Source: a virus
Lineage: Duplodnaviria; Heunggongvirae; Uroviricota; Caudoviricetes
Reading direction: 5' to 3' (one strand)
Virus record (IMG/VR): IMGVR_UViG_3300015360_000028
Span: 1-64,000 of that record
Length of the DNA: 64,000 nt
The position numbers and the translations under genes are program-made. Below are positions 1-9,372 of this stretch, piece by piece. The first letter of the stretch is position 1, and every line of letters begins with the position of its first letter. The notes under the pieces were generated by a model. That model did not search any database. It was not told where the DNA came from and saw only the letters and a program-made list of their open reading frames with translations.

Positions 1-6
1 GATAAA

Positions 7-100
7 GGAAGGGTGGCCGAGTCCGGCTTAAGGCACTAGTCTCGAAAACTAGCGAACCTGTCAAAGGGTTCCGTGGGTTCAAATCCCACCCCTTCCGCCA
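7..100 (+). tRNA. tRNA-Ser (anticodon CGA), type II with long variable arm
   Basis: Acceptor ggaaggg/cccttcc. Anticodon stem ctagt/actag with loop ctCGAaa. T-arm gtgggttcaaatcccac. Discriminator g then CCA. Confidence 0.8.
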
Positions 101-116
101 CACAAAGAAAGCACTG

Positions 117-434
117 ATGTTCTGGAAAAAGAAACCACCAGATCCATATCTGCAGAATAATGTAGATGCGTTGATCGACAAGCATAGAAAATTATCTGCC
201 GATCATAACGATCTATGGTCCGAGCACTGGGCTATGGAGAATGAACTTCAGACTATTAGAAGTCGTATAGTACGGATGGAAGTTATCAGAAATGATACCA
301 GTAAAACCGCGCAAGACCTCACCAAAGAAATAAATGATCAATATGTCAAGGCATGGTCAACTGTTGACGGGCGAGATAACGAAATTAAAAGACTGATACA
401 CAACGTATTAGGTAGAATGCTGGATGGTAATTGA
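117..434 (+). CDS. hypothetical protein
   Basis: 105-aa ORF directly after tRNA-Ser; no recognisable motif. Confidence 0.4.
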   Translation: MFWKKKPPDPYLQNNVDALIDKHRKLSADHNDLWSEHWAMENELQTIRSRIVRMEVIRNDTSKTAQDLTKEINDQYVKAWSTVDGRDNEIKRLIHNVLGRMLDGN

Positions 435-652
435 TGAGCAATTTCGAAGAACAATATCAAAAGAAACATAAACGTCTGAGCCTGATTAAATCATATATCA
501 GAATGGGGGCTTGCGCCATCTTTTTTGGTGGGCTTTTAGCCTTGGGGTATCTAGGTGATTTGCAGTTCTGGTTGAAAATGTCTATCGGGGCCGTCATGCC
601 GATCGGTTTCTTCATTGCTGAGATGATTGGTATCGCCGAAGAAAATATCTAA
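431..652 (+). CDS. small membrane protein
   Basis: 73 aa with hydrophobic segments; 4-nt overlap with upstream ORF. Confidence 0.35.
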   Translation: MMSNFEEQYQKKHKRLSLIKSYIRMGACAIFFGGLLALGYLGDLQFWLKMSIGAVMPIGFFIAEMIGIAEENI

Positions 653-827
653 TATGAAAAGTATGAAATTTTCTTTCTGGGCTAATTCTGTATGTTTCGT
701 CTTAAATTTAGCTCTTTTTGCCTGGCGCTTCTTTGAAGATGGGCACATCAGTTATGTCTCTTTGATAGCCGCTGCTATATCTCTTTTCTTTGTGCTCTTC
801 ACAAATCATGCTATCAAGAATTCATAG
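627..827 (+). CDS. small membrane protein
   Basis: 66 aa with two hydrophobic helices. Confidence 0.3.
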   Translation: MVSPKKISNMKSMKFSFWANSVCFVLNLALFAWRFFEDGHISYVSLIAAAISLFFVLFTNHAIKNS

Positions 828-832
828 TTTTT

Positions 833-864
833 GTTTACTTTTTCAAAGACTTCTGTTATAAATA
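833..864 (+). promoter_or_regulatory. T4-early-like promoter GTTTAC-N18-TATAAATA upstream of tRNA-Arg
   Basis: gtttac at 833-838, tataaata at 857-864, tRNA starts at 882. Confidence 0.5.
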
Positions 865-881
865 TGAAACTAAAACATATT

Positions 882-959
882 GCCCCCGTAGCTCAGTTGG
901 ACTAGAGCGGCGGGCTTCTACCCTGTAGGTCGGGAGTTCGAATCTCTCCGGGGGCACCA
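882..959 (+). tRNA. tRNA-Arg (anticodon TCT)
   Basis: Acceptor gcccccg/cgggggc. Anticodon loop ctTCTac. T-arm gggagttcgaatctctc. CCA end. Confidence 0.8.
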
Positions 960-1346
960 ATTTTTGAGATGAAGCCAGTGAAAAGATTTTTTAAAACCAT
1001 ATATTGGAACTGGAGACTAGACCGCGCTGTGACCTATGCACGCATTTCTGGCGGAGTCTACAATCAAGACGCACTTGATGAAATCGTTAAATGCCACGAC
1101 AAATTGGGAGAAGACCAAAAGATTTAAAGAAGCAAACGGCAACTCTAACACCCAAAATCTGTTCCGTAAGACGGAGAAGTAAGGTGGACAAGCAGAACCG
1201 CGCTAATACAAAAGGACAACGGAAACGGTCGCCATGGGGGATAAGCACCTTGTGGAAAGGTTCTCCCTGGGTTGCTAAGACGGGCACAATAATACGAAAA
1301 CGGTAAAAGTAGAGTTGTGCCCGTACCATATTATGTAAGGAAAGAA

Positions 1347-2135
1347 ATGCCTGTTGAAATAAACGACAAAGAAGTTTATGATATGAGAATGTCACTTCTG
1401 GATAAAGCCTTCTTCATGTCATATTGCGATACAGATTACTACGTTGATTTCGGATGTGGCCACGGGAGTCTGATGAGATTTTTATCGGTAATGTTTCCAG
1501 AAAAGAACTTCTTAGGGTTTGATAATATCACCCAAGCAAATCGTGATTGGGTGAGAGACCACGGAAACATTCAGGTGACGACTTGTTTTAATGAAGTCAG
1601 AGGTTATCTTGCAGACGTTGAGCCGCGCAGAACATCTACGTTCATTGCGAGTTCCGTTATCCATGAAGTTTATTCATATTCTACATTCGAAGAAATTGAA
1701 CAATTCTGGGGCCGTGTTTTTAAACCCCAGCACAACTATGTCGCCATCAGAGATTTCTCGGTAGCACGGTTGGAAGCAAATGTTCCAACCCCCGATTCAG
1801 TTCAAAAAAAAATCAGAGACAAGGCTAACCCCGATCATCTAGCTTCATTTGAGAAGCAATGGGGGAAGATTGATCATAACAAACAAGCCATTCATTTTCT
1901 TTTGAAATACGATTATGGAAACAATTGGGAACGTGAGCTTTATGAAAACTATCTTCCCCTCTCAACTGAAGGGTTGCTAGCAAAGATTCCTACCGATTAT
2001 GAGATCGTTTACAAAGACCATTATGTCTTACCTTATTTGAAAGACAAAGTTTTAAAGGATTTTGGCTTGACTTTGACAACGCCAACCCATATAAAGTTAG
2101 TATTAAAGAAGAAAGCAGGCGCTGAAGCAACATAA
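1347..2135 (+). CDS. SAM-dependent methyltransferase (class I)
   Basis: Motif I DFGCGHGSL. ATG at 1347 follows RBS aaggaa. The ORF track starts at GTG 1317, which lies inside a hairpin. Confidence 0.6.
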   Translation: MPVEINDKEVYDMRMSLLDKAFFMSYCDTDYYVDFGCGHGSLMRFLSVMFPEKNFLGFDNITQANRDWVRDHGNIQVTTCFNEVRGYLADVEPRRTSTFIASSVIHEVYSYSTFEEIEQFWGRVFKPQHNYVAIRDFSVARLEANVPTPDSVQKKIRDKANPDHLASFEKQWGKIDHNKQAIHFLLKYDYGNNWERELYENYLPLSTEGLLAKIPTDYEIVYKDHYVLPYLKDKVLKDFGLTLTTPTHIKLVLKKKAGAEAT

Positions 2136-2218
2136 GTAAGTATATGAATGCCTTGTGAAGGTGTTCTAAACGACGGCGAATAGACGTATTTTAGCAATAA
2201 TCATAAGGAATTCTATAC

Positions 2219-2557
2219 ATGAAAATACTTCATTGTTCTTTGGTAGCACTCTGTCTACTTCTTTCAAAAGATTCTGTAACCCATGCTGATACCGTAGTTA
2301 AGGCTTCTTGGTATGAGTGCTGCAAAGTTACAGCGAACGGCGAAAAATTTAAGCCTGATGGCATGACTGCAGCGCACAAAACTCTTCCATTCGGAACTAA
2401 GGTGAGAATTACAAACTTGAAAAATGGTCGTTCCATTGTGGTGAGAATTAACGATCGTGGTCCGTTTATTCAAGGACGAGCTCTCGACTTAGCTCGTGGT
2501 GCCGCAAGAGTTCTTGGTGTTACCGGAGTTAGTAAGGTGAGAATGCAGATTCTTTGA
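2219..2557 (+). CDS. RlpA-like double-psi beta-barrel lipoprotein (lytic-transglycosylase-like)
   Basis: Signal peptide. ASWYE..MTAAHKTLPFGTKVRITNLKNGRSIVVRINDRGPF matches the RlpA/DPBB signature. Confidence 0.7.
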   Translation: MKILHCSLVALCLLLSKDSVTHADTVVKASWYECCKVTANGEKFKPDGMTAAHKTLPFGTKVRITNLKNGRSIVVRINDRGPFIQGRALDLARGAARVLGVTGVSKVRMQIL

Positions 2558-2844
2558 CGCAATATTACGATAAAGAATATAGCTGGGAATCCGTGGCCAG
2601 GGTTCTCGATCGAATAACAACGTCAACAGAAAAAGACGTTATCACCGATAGAAAAGTCATTGAAGCACAGGGGTTCGTCAAGGCGTGGGTTCATTCTTCT
2701 CCTCGGAACAAACAACTATTTGAATATGCCGCCAGGCAGTTCGAGGCTTATTGGAAACCATACAAAGAAGAGTGGATGGGATCGCCAGTTATTTGGCACC
2801 ATTCTAGAATTAGCCTGAGCAAATATGAAAAATTCGACTATTAA
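2554..2844 (+). CDS. hypothetical protein
   Basis: 96-aa ORF, overlapping start/stop with neighbour. Confidence 0.4.
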   Translation: MTQYYDKEYSWESVARVLDRITTSTEKDVITDRKVIEAQGFVKAWVHSSPRNKQLFEYAARQFEAYWKPYKEEWMGSPVIWHHSRISLSKYEKFDY

Positions 2845-2852
2845 AGGAAAAT

Positions 2853-3317
2853 ATGAAACTAAAAAGAAGAAGCTTCCTAGGTATTTCAATAGGTGGAATA
2901 TTATCAGGCCCTAAAGTAGTAGCAGAAAAAGTAGCAGAGCAAGCCGGGCTTGGAACGATCGGTGCGTTTGGTGCTGGTGGCGATGTCTTCGGTGGTTTAA
3001 TCCCGGGAGCAGAATCTGATGAATGGGGGGCAAAATCTGCAGGCGATGTTAGTAGTTATGTCGCTGGTCAAAGAAAGAAGCTGCTTAATCTTCAGGCACT
3101 ACAATTCCTCAAGCCAGATTGGTTTGAAGAAAAACGCCGTAGCAGGGCGTCTGAAGTTTATGCCTTAGATATGGATCTTGCCGCAATGCACTCTATGTCA
3201 ATGGCGGCTAAGGTTGCTATTCAGAAAGAACGAAACTACCAAAGAGCGCTTCTAGACGACGAAAAATATATCAATCGTCGTATTCAGGAAAAACTGTTTG
3301 GCGGTGAATCAGATTAA
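2853..3317 (+). CDS. hypothetical secreted protein (Tat-like RRSFLG N-terminus)
   Basis: 154 aa; N-terminal KRRSFLGISIG then Gly/Ala-rich region. Confidence 0.4.
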   Translation: MKLKRRSFLGISIGGILSGPKVVAEKVAEQAGLGTIGAFGAGGDVFGGLIPGAESDEWGAKSAGDVSSYVAGQRKKLLNLQALQFLKPDWFEEKRRSRASEVYALDMDLAAMHSMSMAAKVAIQKERNYQRALLDDEKYINRRIQEKLFGGESD

Positions 3318-3325
3318 AGAATCTC

Positions 3326-3356
3326 TTGACTTACGTTCTTATTCTGTGTATAAATA
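3326..3356 (+). promoter_or_regulatory. promoter TTGACT-N17-TATAAATA upstream of tRNA-Asn/Gln
   Basis: ttgact at 3326-3331, tataaata at 3349-3356. Confidence 0.55.
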
Positions 3357-3373
3357 TAGAGTAATTTAATTAT

Positions 3374-3448
3374 TCCTTGTTAGCTCAGCGGTAGAGCATT
3401 CGACTGTTAATCGAATGGTCCTAGGTTCGATCCCTAGACAGGGAGCCA
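3374..3448 (+). tRNA. tRNA-Asn (anticodon GTT)
   Basis: Acceptor tccttgt/acaggga. Anticodon stem ttcga/tcgaa with loop ctGTTaa. T-arm ggttcgatccc. CCA. Confidence 0.85.
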
Positions 3449-3453
3449 ATTAT

Positions 3454-3530
3454 TGTAGGTTAGCTGGTAGGTCCGGCCGCCGGACTTTGACCCCGGAAAG
3501 ATAAAGGTTCGAATCCTTTGCCTACAGCCA
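3454..3530 (+). tRNA. tRNA-Gln (anticodon TTG), slightly irregular anticodon stem
   Basis: Acceptor tgtaggt/gcctaca. Loop cTTTGac with U33. T-arm aaaggttcgaatccttt. CCA. Confidence 0.6.
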
Positions 3531-3552
3531 ATTTTTGTGATGGGAGACGTGA

Positions 3553-4026
3553 ATGCGAACTTACGCAAAGATATCCAAAAAAGATTTTCTACAAAACAAA
3601 AGAGGGCGGGGCGGCTATGATGCTGTTCCCGCAACCGTCTTTAATGACTGGTCACTCCAAGCTGAATTTGATTTGGAAAATTGTGAGAGCGAAGTCGGTG
3701 GGCAGTCACCAGATTACGGCAAAGGCCAAACAGATCTTCTCTATGGTGTTCACACGATCGGCGATTTTACCTTCTGTGGTTTCTTAGCCGGCGGCGATTG
3801 GGAGTTGCCAGTTTTTGCCATTGCCTACTGGGACGGAGAACATTATCGTGGATTTGTTCCTATGGATGGCAACTGTTTTAAAATCAAACTAGAAGACGGC
3901 GGCAAGCCTGTTGCTTATGGCAACGAAGAAGAAGATGAAGATATTCCAAAGGGAACTGATTTCCGTGACCACGCAAAACTGCGTGCTGAAATTGTTCGTG
4001 AATTTGGTTTGAAGGAAACAGTTTGA
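3553..4026 (+). CDS. hypothetical acidic protein
   Basis: 157-aa ORF. Confidence 0.4.
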   Translation: MRTYAKISKKDFLQNKRGRGGYDAVPATVFNDWSLQAEFDLENCESEVGGQSPDYGKGQTDLLYGVHTIGDFTFCGFLAGGDWELPVFAIAYWDGEHYRGFVPMDGNCFKIKLEDGGKPVAYGNEEEDEDIPKGTDFRDHAKLRAEIVREFGLKETV

Positions 4027-4268
4027 TTCTTCAACGACACCTATCAGAAAAAGAAATCTTCAAAGTTGAATTGATACTAGCAGATTTTATAAAAGACGTT
4101 TATGTTAATCTTTGTGAACTAGACGTAGATGTGGTCAAAGAGTGGGACGCTATTTGTCTAGGATATTTTTTAGGAAAGGGAGCTACCCTATTAGAGGCCG
4201 ATGTCGGCCACAGAGTTTGCGATCTTTTTGTTGAAGGCAAATACACAATCAGAACTTTAAGGGATTAA
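4023..4268 (+). CDS. hypothetical protein
   Basis: 81 aa, translationally coupled to upstream ORF. Confidence 0.35.
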   Translation: MILQRHLSEKEIFKVELILADFIKDVYVNLCELDVDVVKEWDAICLGYFLGKGATLLEADVGHRVCDLFVEGKYTIRTLRD

Positions 4269-4269
4269 A

Positions 4270-5943
4270 ATGGCACAAGCAGGCGCAAGAAAAAAGACGG
4301 TCGAATCAATTGATGAAATCATTGCCGGCGCAGGCAAAACAAAAGCAAAGGTAGAAGGAGCGACAACAGATGCTCGCTTCGCTAAAATCACAGCGAATCC
4401 TTTCTACAAGATTATGATCGAAGGCAAACTTTCGCCAAAACAAAAATCAGAACAATACGCGAAATTGATGACCTTCTTGAGCACCAAGGAAGAAGCACGT
4501 GCTCGTATTGAAGAGCATGAATTGTTCAACGACTTCCTTCAGCTGCAACGTGAAGAAATGGCGAAGGAAATCATTAAGTTCACCGACACCGGCGCCTACT
4601 CTGAATTGAACGACACTTACAAGCAGATGAACACAGACTTCTTGGCGTATGAAGAGCTGATGCAGCCGTTCACAGACGCTATCAACGCCGTCTATAAATT
4701 GCGTAAGAGCGGAATGTCGCTCGAAGCTTTCAAAACAATTATCCAAGACCAGCGGCAGGAAACTGAGCGTAAGATTGAATTGGATAATTTGATCGATAAA
4801 TCAAATACTGCAAGACTTCAACGCAACGCATTCGAAGAAGATATCGCTCAACTCAAGACCATGAAATCATGGTTCGGCCTTGGTGGTGTAACCGGAGACG
4901 CACAAGAAGCAATTGCTCGACTTGGTGTTCAACGTGATGCTCTCGATCTTGAGTTGTCACAAATGACTTTGAAAGCCGCAGAGCTTGAAGCTATGGATAA
5001 CTCAGCTGAAAACCAAGACCCTGAGTTTATTGCTCAAAAGAATGAGCTCCGCAAGTTCCTGGATATTTCTTCGGCTGAACATAAAGGCAAACAGGAAGCA
5101 TTGGTAAAAGCGGCATTGGACTTCGTTGTGAACTCCAAGGAACGTATTGGTTCGATCAGAACTCATTTGACCGGCATGGACAAACAGCTCAAGGGATTGG
5201 GCGACGGCAACAATTTGATGTGCGAAGTTTATTCGATCATGTTGGACGGTTCCGAGATTGCCGAAAAAGAAAATCTCAAAATTCGCGAGAACTTAGACAA
5301 AGCAAAAGAAAATGAAAGTGCTGTTGAACGTATGGCGCGTGAGTCGACAAGACAAGTTGTTGACCAGCATATTACTGCTGTCAAGGGAACTGCAATGGGT
5401 ATTACCCAAACTGAAGCTGATTTGACTTCACAGCGTGTTCGCATTAAGGGTATGGAAGACAACAACTCAGAAAATATGCGCCAAGCAAAATCAATGCACG
5501 GTGCAGGTATCGCCGGCGTCGCAGAACGTTTGAGCACCGTTATCCAAGCGGTAGCACAAGCAGCACTTGGTGAATCATCGGCAATGGCCGGCGAAACACT
5601 TCAAAGAATGCGTGATTCTACAAACGCCGTAGTCGGGAAAGAAATTCTCAGACAAGCTGCGAGCATCAAGGATCAGAACTATGCTCTCGAGCGGGCAATC
5701 AAAGATCTTGGAGATTATGGCAAGCTCACGGAAACCGCAACAGAAATCACAAAAGAAGGCATGAGCGCAATCGGTGCAAACTTGCGTATCTTGAAGGATT
5801 TGTCACAAGGTGTTGGCGACAAGGTTCAAGAAGCATATGCAGTGAACTCAACTGCGTATAAAGAAGTTGCTGACGAAGCTGAGGCCGTAAAGGCAGAAGA
5901 AGACAGCGCTGGGCCATCACCATTTTTTAAGAGGGCTTCATAA
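4270..5943 (+). CDS. large coiled-coil protein (possibly TelA-like)
   Basis: 557 aa, heptad-rich, many E/K/Q; no catalytic motif seen. Confidence 0.45.
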   Translation: MAQAGARKKTVESIDEIIAGAGKTKAKVEGATTDARFAKITANPFYKIMIEGKLSPKQKSEQYAKLMTFLSTKEEARARIEEHELFNDFLQLQREEMAKEIIKFTDTGAYSELNDTYKQMNTDFLAYEELMQPFTDAINAVYKLRKSGMSLEAFKTIIQDQRQETERKIELDNLIDKSNTARLQRNAFEEDIAQLKTMKSWFGLGGVTGDAQEAIARLGVQRDALDLELSQMTLKAAELEAMDNSAENQDPEFIAQKNELRKFLDISSAEHKGKQEALVKAALDFVVNSKERIGSIRTHLTGMDKQLKGLGDGNNLMCEVYSIMLDGSEIAEKENLKIRENLDKAKENESAVERMARESTRQVVDQHITAVKGTAMGITQTEADLTSQRVRIKGMEDNNSENMRQAKSMHGAGIAGVAERLSTVIQAVAQAALGESSAMAGETLQRMRDSTNAVVGKEILRQAASIKDQNYALERAIKDLGDYGKLTETATEITKEGMSAIGANLRILKDLSQGVGDKVQEAYAVNSTAYKEVADEAEAVKAEEDSAGPSPFFKRAS

Positions 5944-6109
5944 AAATAGATCTTAGCGTTGATGGCATTGACAGAGTTATCGCTTATGTTTTGGTTAGAT
6001 TGTTAGGATGAAAGAAGTGGAAATCGGCTACAATCTCGGTCGCGTAATCATGGTTGTTGCATTCTTTGTATGCATTGCTTTAGTGGCCATATTCTCATAA
6101 GGAATTAAA

Positions 6110-8134
6110 ATGAACTATCTAATACCCGGCGAAAAGAAGTTAGAAGGTTCGCCTGTATTTAAATGCGTCGGCAGAGACGAAGAGCTCAGGGCAATTGCTT
6201 CTGTATTGACTCGCAAACATTCAAATTCAATCATTATTACAGGACCAGGCGGAGTTGGTTGCACAACCATTTGCCTTGGTCTACAAGCATGGAAAGAACA
6301 AAAGGGATGCCCATTCGATATCGCTGTGAAGCGTGTCTTCTGGATGGATTCTGATGGGTTGTTTTCTTCTGGAGATTCTGCCGTTGTTAGCGCAGAGTTT
6401 CTTAAAATAATCTCTGCGCTTGAGAACACAACCGAATCTATTTTGATTATTGAAGACTATACAGACTTTATCAATGCCGCGCGTTCAGGTGGCTACGACC
6501 ATTTTATCAATGCACTCATGAGTGTTGTAAAAAGCAAAAAATCCCAGATGATTTTTGAAGTTAAAGATGATTCATTTGATGTTGCCATTAAATCTCATTC
6601 AGACATGATTGAACTGTTCACTGTAATTGATGTGAAGGAGCCAGGTGAAACGGCTCTAACCTCAATCGTTTCTGACATTTGTATTGAGCTCGGCGGATAT
6701 CATTCAATAGCCGTTGACCCATCGGCTATCGAGGCAGCAATTTCACTCACAACAAAATATAGAGTTTCTTCTAACAGGGCGCAACCAACAAGAAGCATTA
6801 ACTTGATTGATAGTGCTTTGTCAAGTTTCCGCATGGAAAAGCATGCTCTCATTGTTCCAGAAGATGCAAAACTATTAGAAGAAATCTCCATTGAGATGCG
6901 TAACTTAGAAGATCATTCGATCAAACTAAATGATGAGTTGATCACCGAAGATCGCAAGATGGAAGAGAATGCAGGTGAACAAAGGAAATCTCTCCGAGAC
7001 TTCACAAAACTTATGACCGGTGGTGGAGTTGATACAGAAGAAAAACGAGCTATTAAGAGTAACCTACGTGTTGTCGAAGACCAGATTTCTGAGATACGAT
7101 CGAGATATGAAGAAACGGTCGTCAGAATCAACAGAGACATTAAACTCACAAAGGGTGAGGTCACTGCTGAATTCGCTAGGTTGTCCGGGATCCCTGCCGA
7201 AAAACTAAACCAAGACGAGCGCGAAAAACTTCGTAATCTAGAAGCCGCCTTGCTCAAGAGAATATTCGGTCAAGAACATGCCATGAAACATCTGGCGAAC
7301 ATGGTAAAGACTTCGAGAATTGGTCGACGCAATACAAACGCTCCAATGGGTTCTTGCATGTTCCTTGGACCATCGGGTGTTGGTAAAACAGAAACAGCAA
7401 AAGTTCTTTCAGAATATTTAGGCATCCCATTGTTCAGGTTTGATATGTCTGAATATATGGAAAAACATGCCACAGCAAAACTAATCGGTGCACCACCTGG
7501 TTATGAAGGATTCGAAGCTGGTGGTATTTTGACTAATGGCATTCGTCGCACACCAGTTTGCGTATTGCTCTTGGATGAAATTGAAAAAGCACACTCCGAT
7601 GTTTTCAATGTGTTCTTGCAGATTCTAAGCGATGGTCGGCTTACAGATAACGTCGGGCGGGTTATTTCCTTTCAAGACGTCTACGTTATCTGTACGACTA
7701 ACATCGGTCAGGAACATTATCTCAATCCCAAGATTAATTTTGACAAAGCATTGGCTTTGACAATGATGGACTTAGACAAAACTTACAGACCAGAATTTCT
7801 AAACCGTTTCGGTGGTCGCAAAGATATTATTCCGTTTTCTTCTTTGGGTGTTGCAGTAATCGAGAAAATTGTAAACAGAGAACTTGATAGCATCGCTTCG
7901 GCTTATACTAAGGAAAATATTTTCATCGGCCACGCAACTGATGAGATTCATAAGTTCTGTGAAAAGAACTATGACCCACGCACCGGCGCCAGAGGTCTTC
8001 CTGGCCATTTGCGTTCTACTCTAGAACCACTCATTGCTGATATGGCTCTAGATAAAGAAACTGAAGATAAGTTGGCTTTGAGTATTGTTTACGATAAAAA
8101 GACTTGTAACTTAATCGTTCATAAAGAAGGGTAA
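6110..8134 (+). CDS. ClpB/ClpA-family AAA+ ATPase with middle coiled-coil domain; NBD1 Walker A degenerate
   Basis: NBD2 has GPSGVGKTETAK, LLLDEIEKAH and ARGL. A ClpB-like M-domain is followed by the RIFGQEHAMKHL sensor region. NBD1 P-loop reads GPGGVGCTT, with the lysine replaced by cysteine. Confidence 0.7.
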   Translation: MNYLIPGEKKLEGSPVFKCVGRDEELRAIASVLTRKHSNSIIITGPGGVGCTTICLGLQAWKEQKGCPFDIAVKRVFWMDSDGLFSSGDSAVVSAEFLKIISALENTTESILIIEDYTDFINAARSGGYDHFINALMSVVKSKKSQMIFEVKDDSFDVAIKSHSDMIELFTVIDVKEPGETALTSIVSDICIELGGYHSIAVDPSAIEAAISLTTKYRVSSNRAQPTRSINLIDSALSSFRMEKHALIVPEDAKLLEEISIEMRNLEDHSIKLNDELITEDRKMEENAGEQRKSLRDFTKLMTGGGVDTEEKRAIKSNLRVVEDQISEIRSRYEETVVRINRDIKLTKGEVTAEFARLSGIPAEKLNQDEREKLRNLEAALLKRIFGQEHAMKHLANMVKTSRIGRRNTNAPMGSCMFLGPSGVGKTETAKVLSEYLGIPLFRFDMSEYMEKHATAKLIGAPPGYEGFEAGGILTNGIRRTPVCVLLLDEIEKAHSDVFNVFLQILSDGRLTDNVGRVISFQDVYVICTTNIGQEHYLNPKINFDKALALTMMDLDKTYRPEFLNRFGGRKDIIPFSSLGVAVIEKIVNRELDSIASAYTKENIFIGHATDEIHKFCEKNYDPRTGARGLPGHLRSTLEPLIADMALDKETEDKLALSIVYDKKTCNLIVHKEG

Positions 8135-8219
8135 TTTACTATGTTTTTCTGGATTGATATAGGTCTAGTACTGTTGCTGACCGTCTACGTTTTCGCTGCT
8201 CTCGAGATGGGCAGCGAGC

Positions 8220-8963
8220 GTGGAAATTATGGTTGGTATTTTTTCGTTATCGCCGCCGGCTACGTTGGCACGTGTTCAGGGATGCCTAATGTCACTCTCA
8301 GACGATCTTAAGAAATACCAAAAGAACCTAGCCGATCAAGCTGCGGCAGCTGAAAAGGTTGTGGAGAACTCTACCATTGGTAAAGTTGCTCGAAGATCTC
8401 TTCAAGTTACTCTCGGGCTTGATTGGCTGTCACAAAAGATGGGTCCTTTCTATAAGGTTCTATCGTGGCCAATTCGCAAGACTTTGAACCTCTATTGGTT
8501 TTTCTGGGATCGTTGGGCGACAAACAAGAAACGAGCCGGTGTCATGATAGCTGTCACCGGCTTTATTGCCTACTTTGTAGTTCTGCCAACATTCGAATTC
8601 ATATTTGATGCTGGCATGTACGCGACGACGGTGAAAAGAAATGAAGTTGTATATCTCTTCAACGCCCAGGAGCTCGATCACATTGAAAACATTCATTCAG
8701 TCCAAGGTTGCTACAAATTACCATGCTCCGATGACGATAGCATATATTTTAGAATTCGTGCTACTCCTTTCAATGAGGTTTGGACAATCGTAAATCGTCA
8801 TACTCTTTATTTCCCAGATTACATTGCTGCAGCAGTTCCGGTGACGATCAGTCGCTGTACCATTACTTCATATGGTATCAGGTTCAAGCTGTTCATGCGA
8901 AGCGCTGAGGTCTATCCAGATCTTCTTGAGTCTGTTTGCCAGCCCATAAAGATTGAAAATTAG
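8220..8963 (+). CDS. hypothetical membrane-associated protein
   Basis: 247 aa; start is more likely the ATG near 8288 (MSLSDDLKK). Confidence 0.4.
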   Translation: MEIMVGIFSLSPPATLARVQGCLMSLSDDLKKYQKNLADQAAAAEKVVENSTIGKVARRSLQVTLGLDWLSQKMGPFYKVLSWPIRKTLNLYWFFWDRWATNKKRAGVMIAVTGFIAYFVVLPTFEFIFDAGMYATTVKRNEVVYLFNAQELDHIENIHSVQGCYKLPCSDDDSIYFRIRATPFNEVWTIVNRHTLYFPDYIAAAVPVTISRCTITSYGIRFKLFMRSAEVYPDLLESVCQPIKIEN

Positions 8964-8966
8964 TTC

Positions 8967-8997
8967 TTGATTGTTCATGAAAAAGCCTGTATAAATA
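8967..8997 (+). promoter_or_regulatory. promoter TTGATT-N17-TATAAATA
   Basis: ttgatt at 8967-8972, tataaata at 8990-8997; followed by about 290 nt without any ORF of 60 aa or more. Confidence 0.5.
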
Positions 8998-9288
8998 TTG
9001 ATAGTTACTTATGACCGTCATCTAATTGGGAAGACCCAGGTTTAAACTTGGGAACGCAGGATCGGAGCCTGCCGGGAGGAAGTAATAGATCCACGACGCA
9101 GCTTGAGGCGGCAAGCAACCTCAGGTCTAGTCCTAGCGAATGCCGTAAACGGCTTTTGCATCCGGTTAGAGAATAGAATTGGCCTTTTCTAGAAAAGTTC
9201 CCCTCTATTTTGGCCGTATGCAAGTAAGATGGATAATCCCGAGCATGATGAAAAAAGGCTCATTTATATTTGTTATAAATAAAGAATT

Positions 9289-9372
9289 GGACACGTGACC
9301 AGAGTGGCGAACGGCTTCGGCTCTTAACCGAATATACAAACATCGTGGGTTCGAGTCCCACCGTGTCCTCCA
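9289..9372 (+). tRNA. aberrant tRNA-Lys-like (anticodon CTT) with unpaired D region and 12-nt variable loop
   Basis: Acceptor ggacacg/cgtgtcc. Anticodon stem ttcgg/ccgaa with loop ctCTTaa. T-arm gtgggttcgagtcccac. CCA. TATAAATA at 9274-9281 lies just upstream. Confidence 0.45.

Noticed and set aside
1087-1395. Overlapping plus (1091..1306) and minus (1087..1395) ORFs in the region between tRNA-Arg and the methyltransferase
   Set aside because: They overlap each other on opposite strands and have low-complexity basic composition. They have no RBS and collide with the hairpin and the true MTase start. Treated as non-coding.
4447-5537. Antisense ORFs 4447..4746 and 5229..5537 inside the 557-aa coiled-coil gene
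   Set aside because: They are fully contained within a long, uninterrupted sense ORF. Repetitive coiled-coil codons commonly yield antisense open frames.
9005-9372. Possible phage-encoded tmRNA (tRNA-like 3' end after about 290 nt of non-coding RNA)
   Set aside because: No 5' acceptor-strand partner for the 3' end is present near 9005. No tag-peptide-like reading frame (…ALAA stop) is present. The tRNA-like part closes on itself locally, so I keep it as an aberrant tRNA plus leader.
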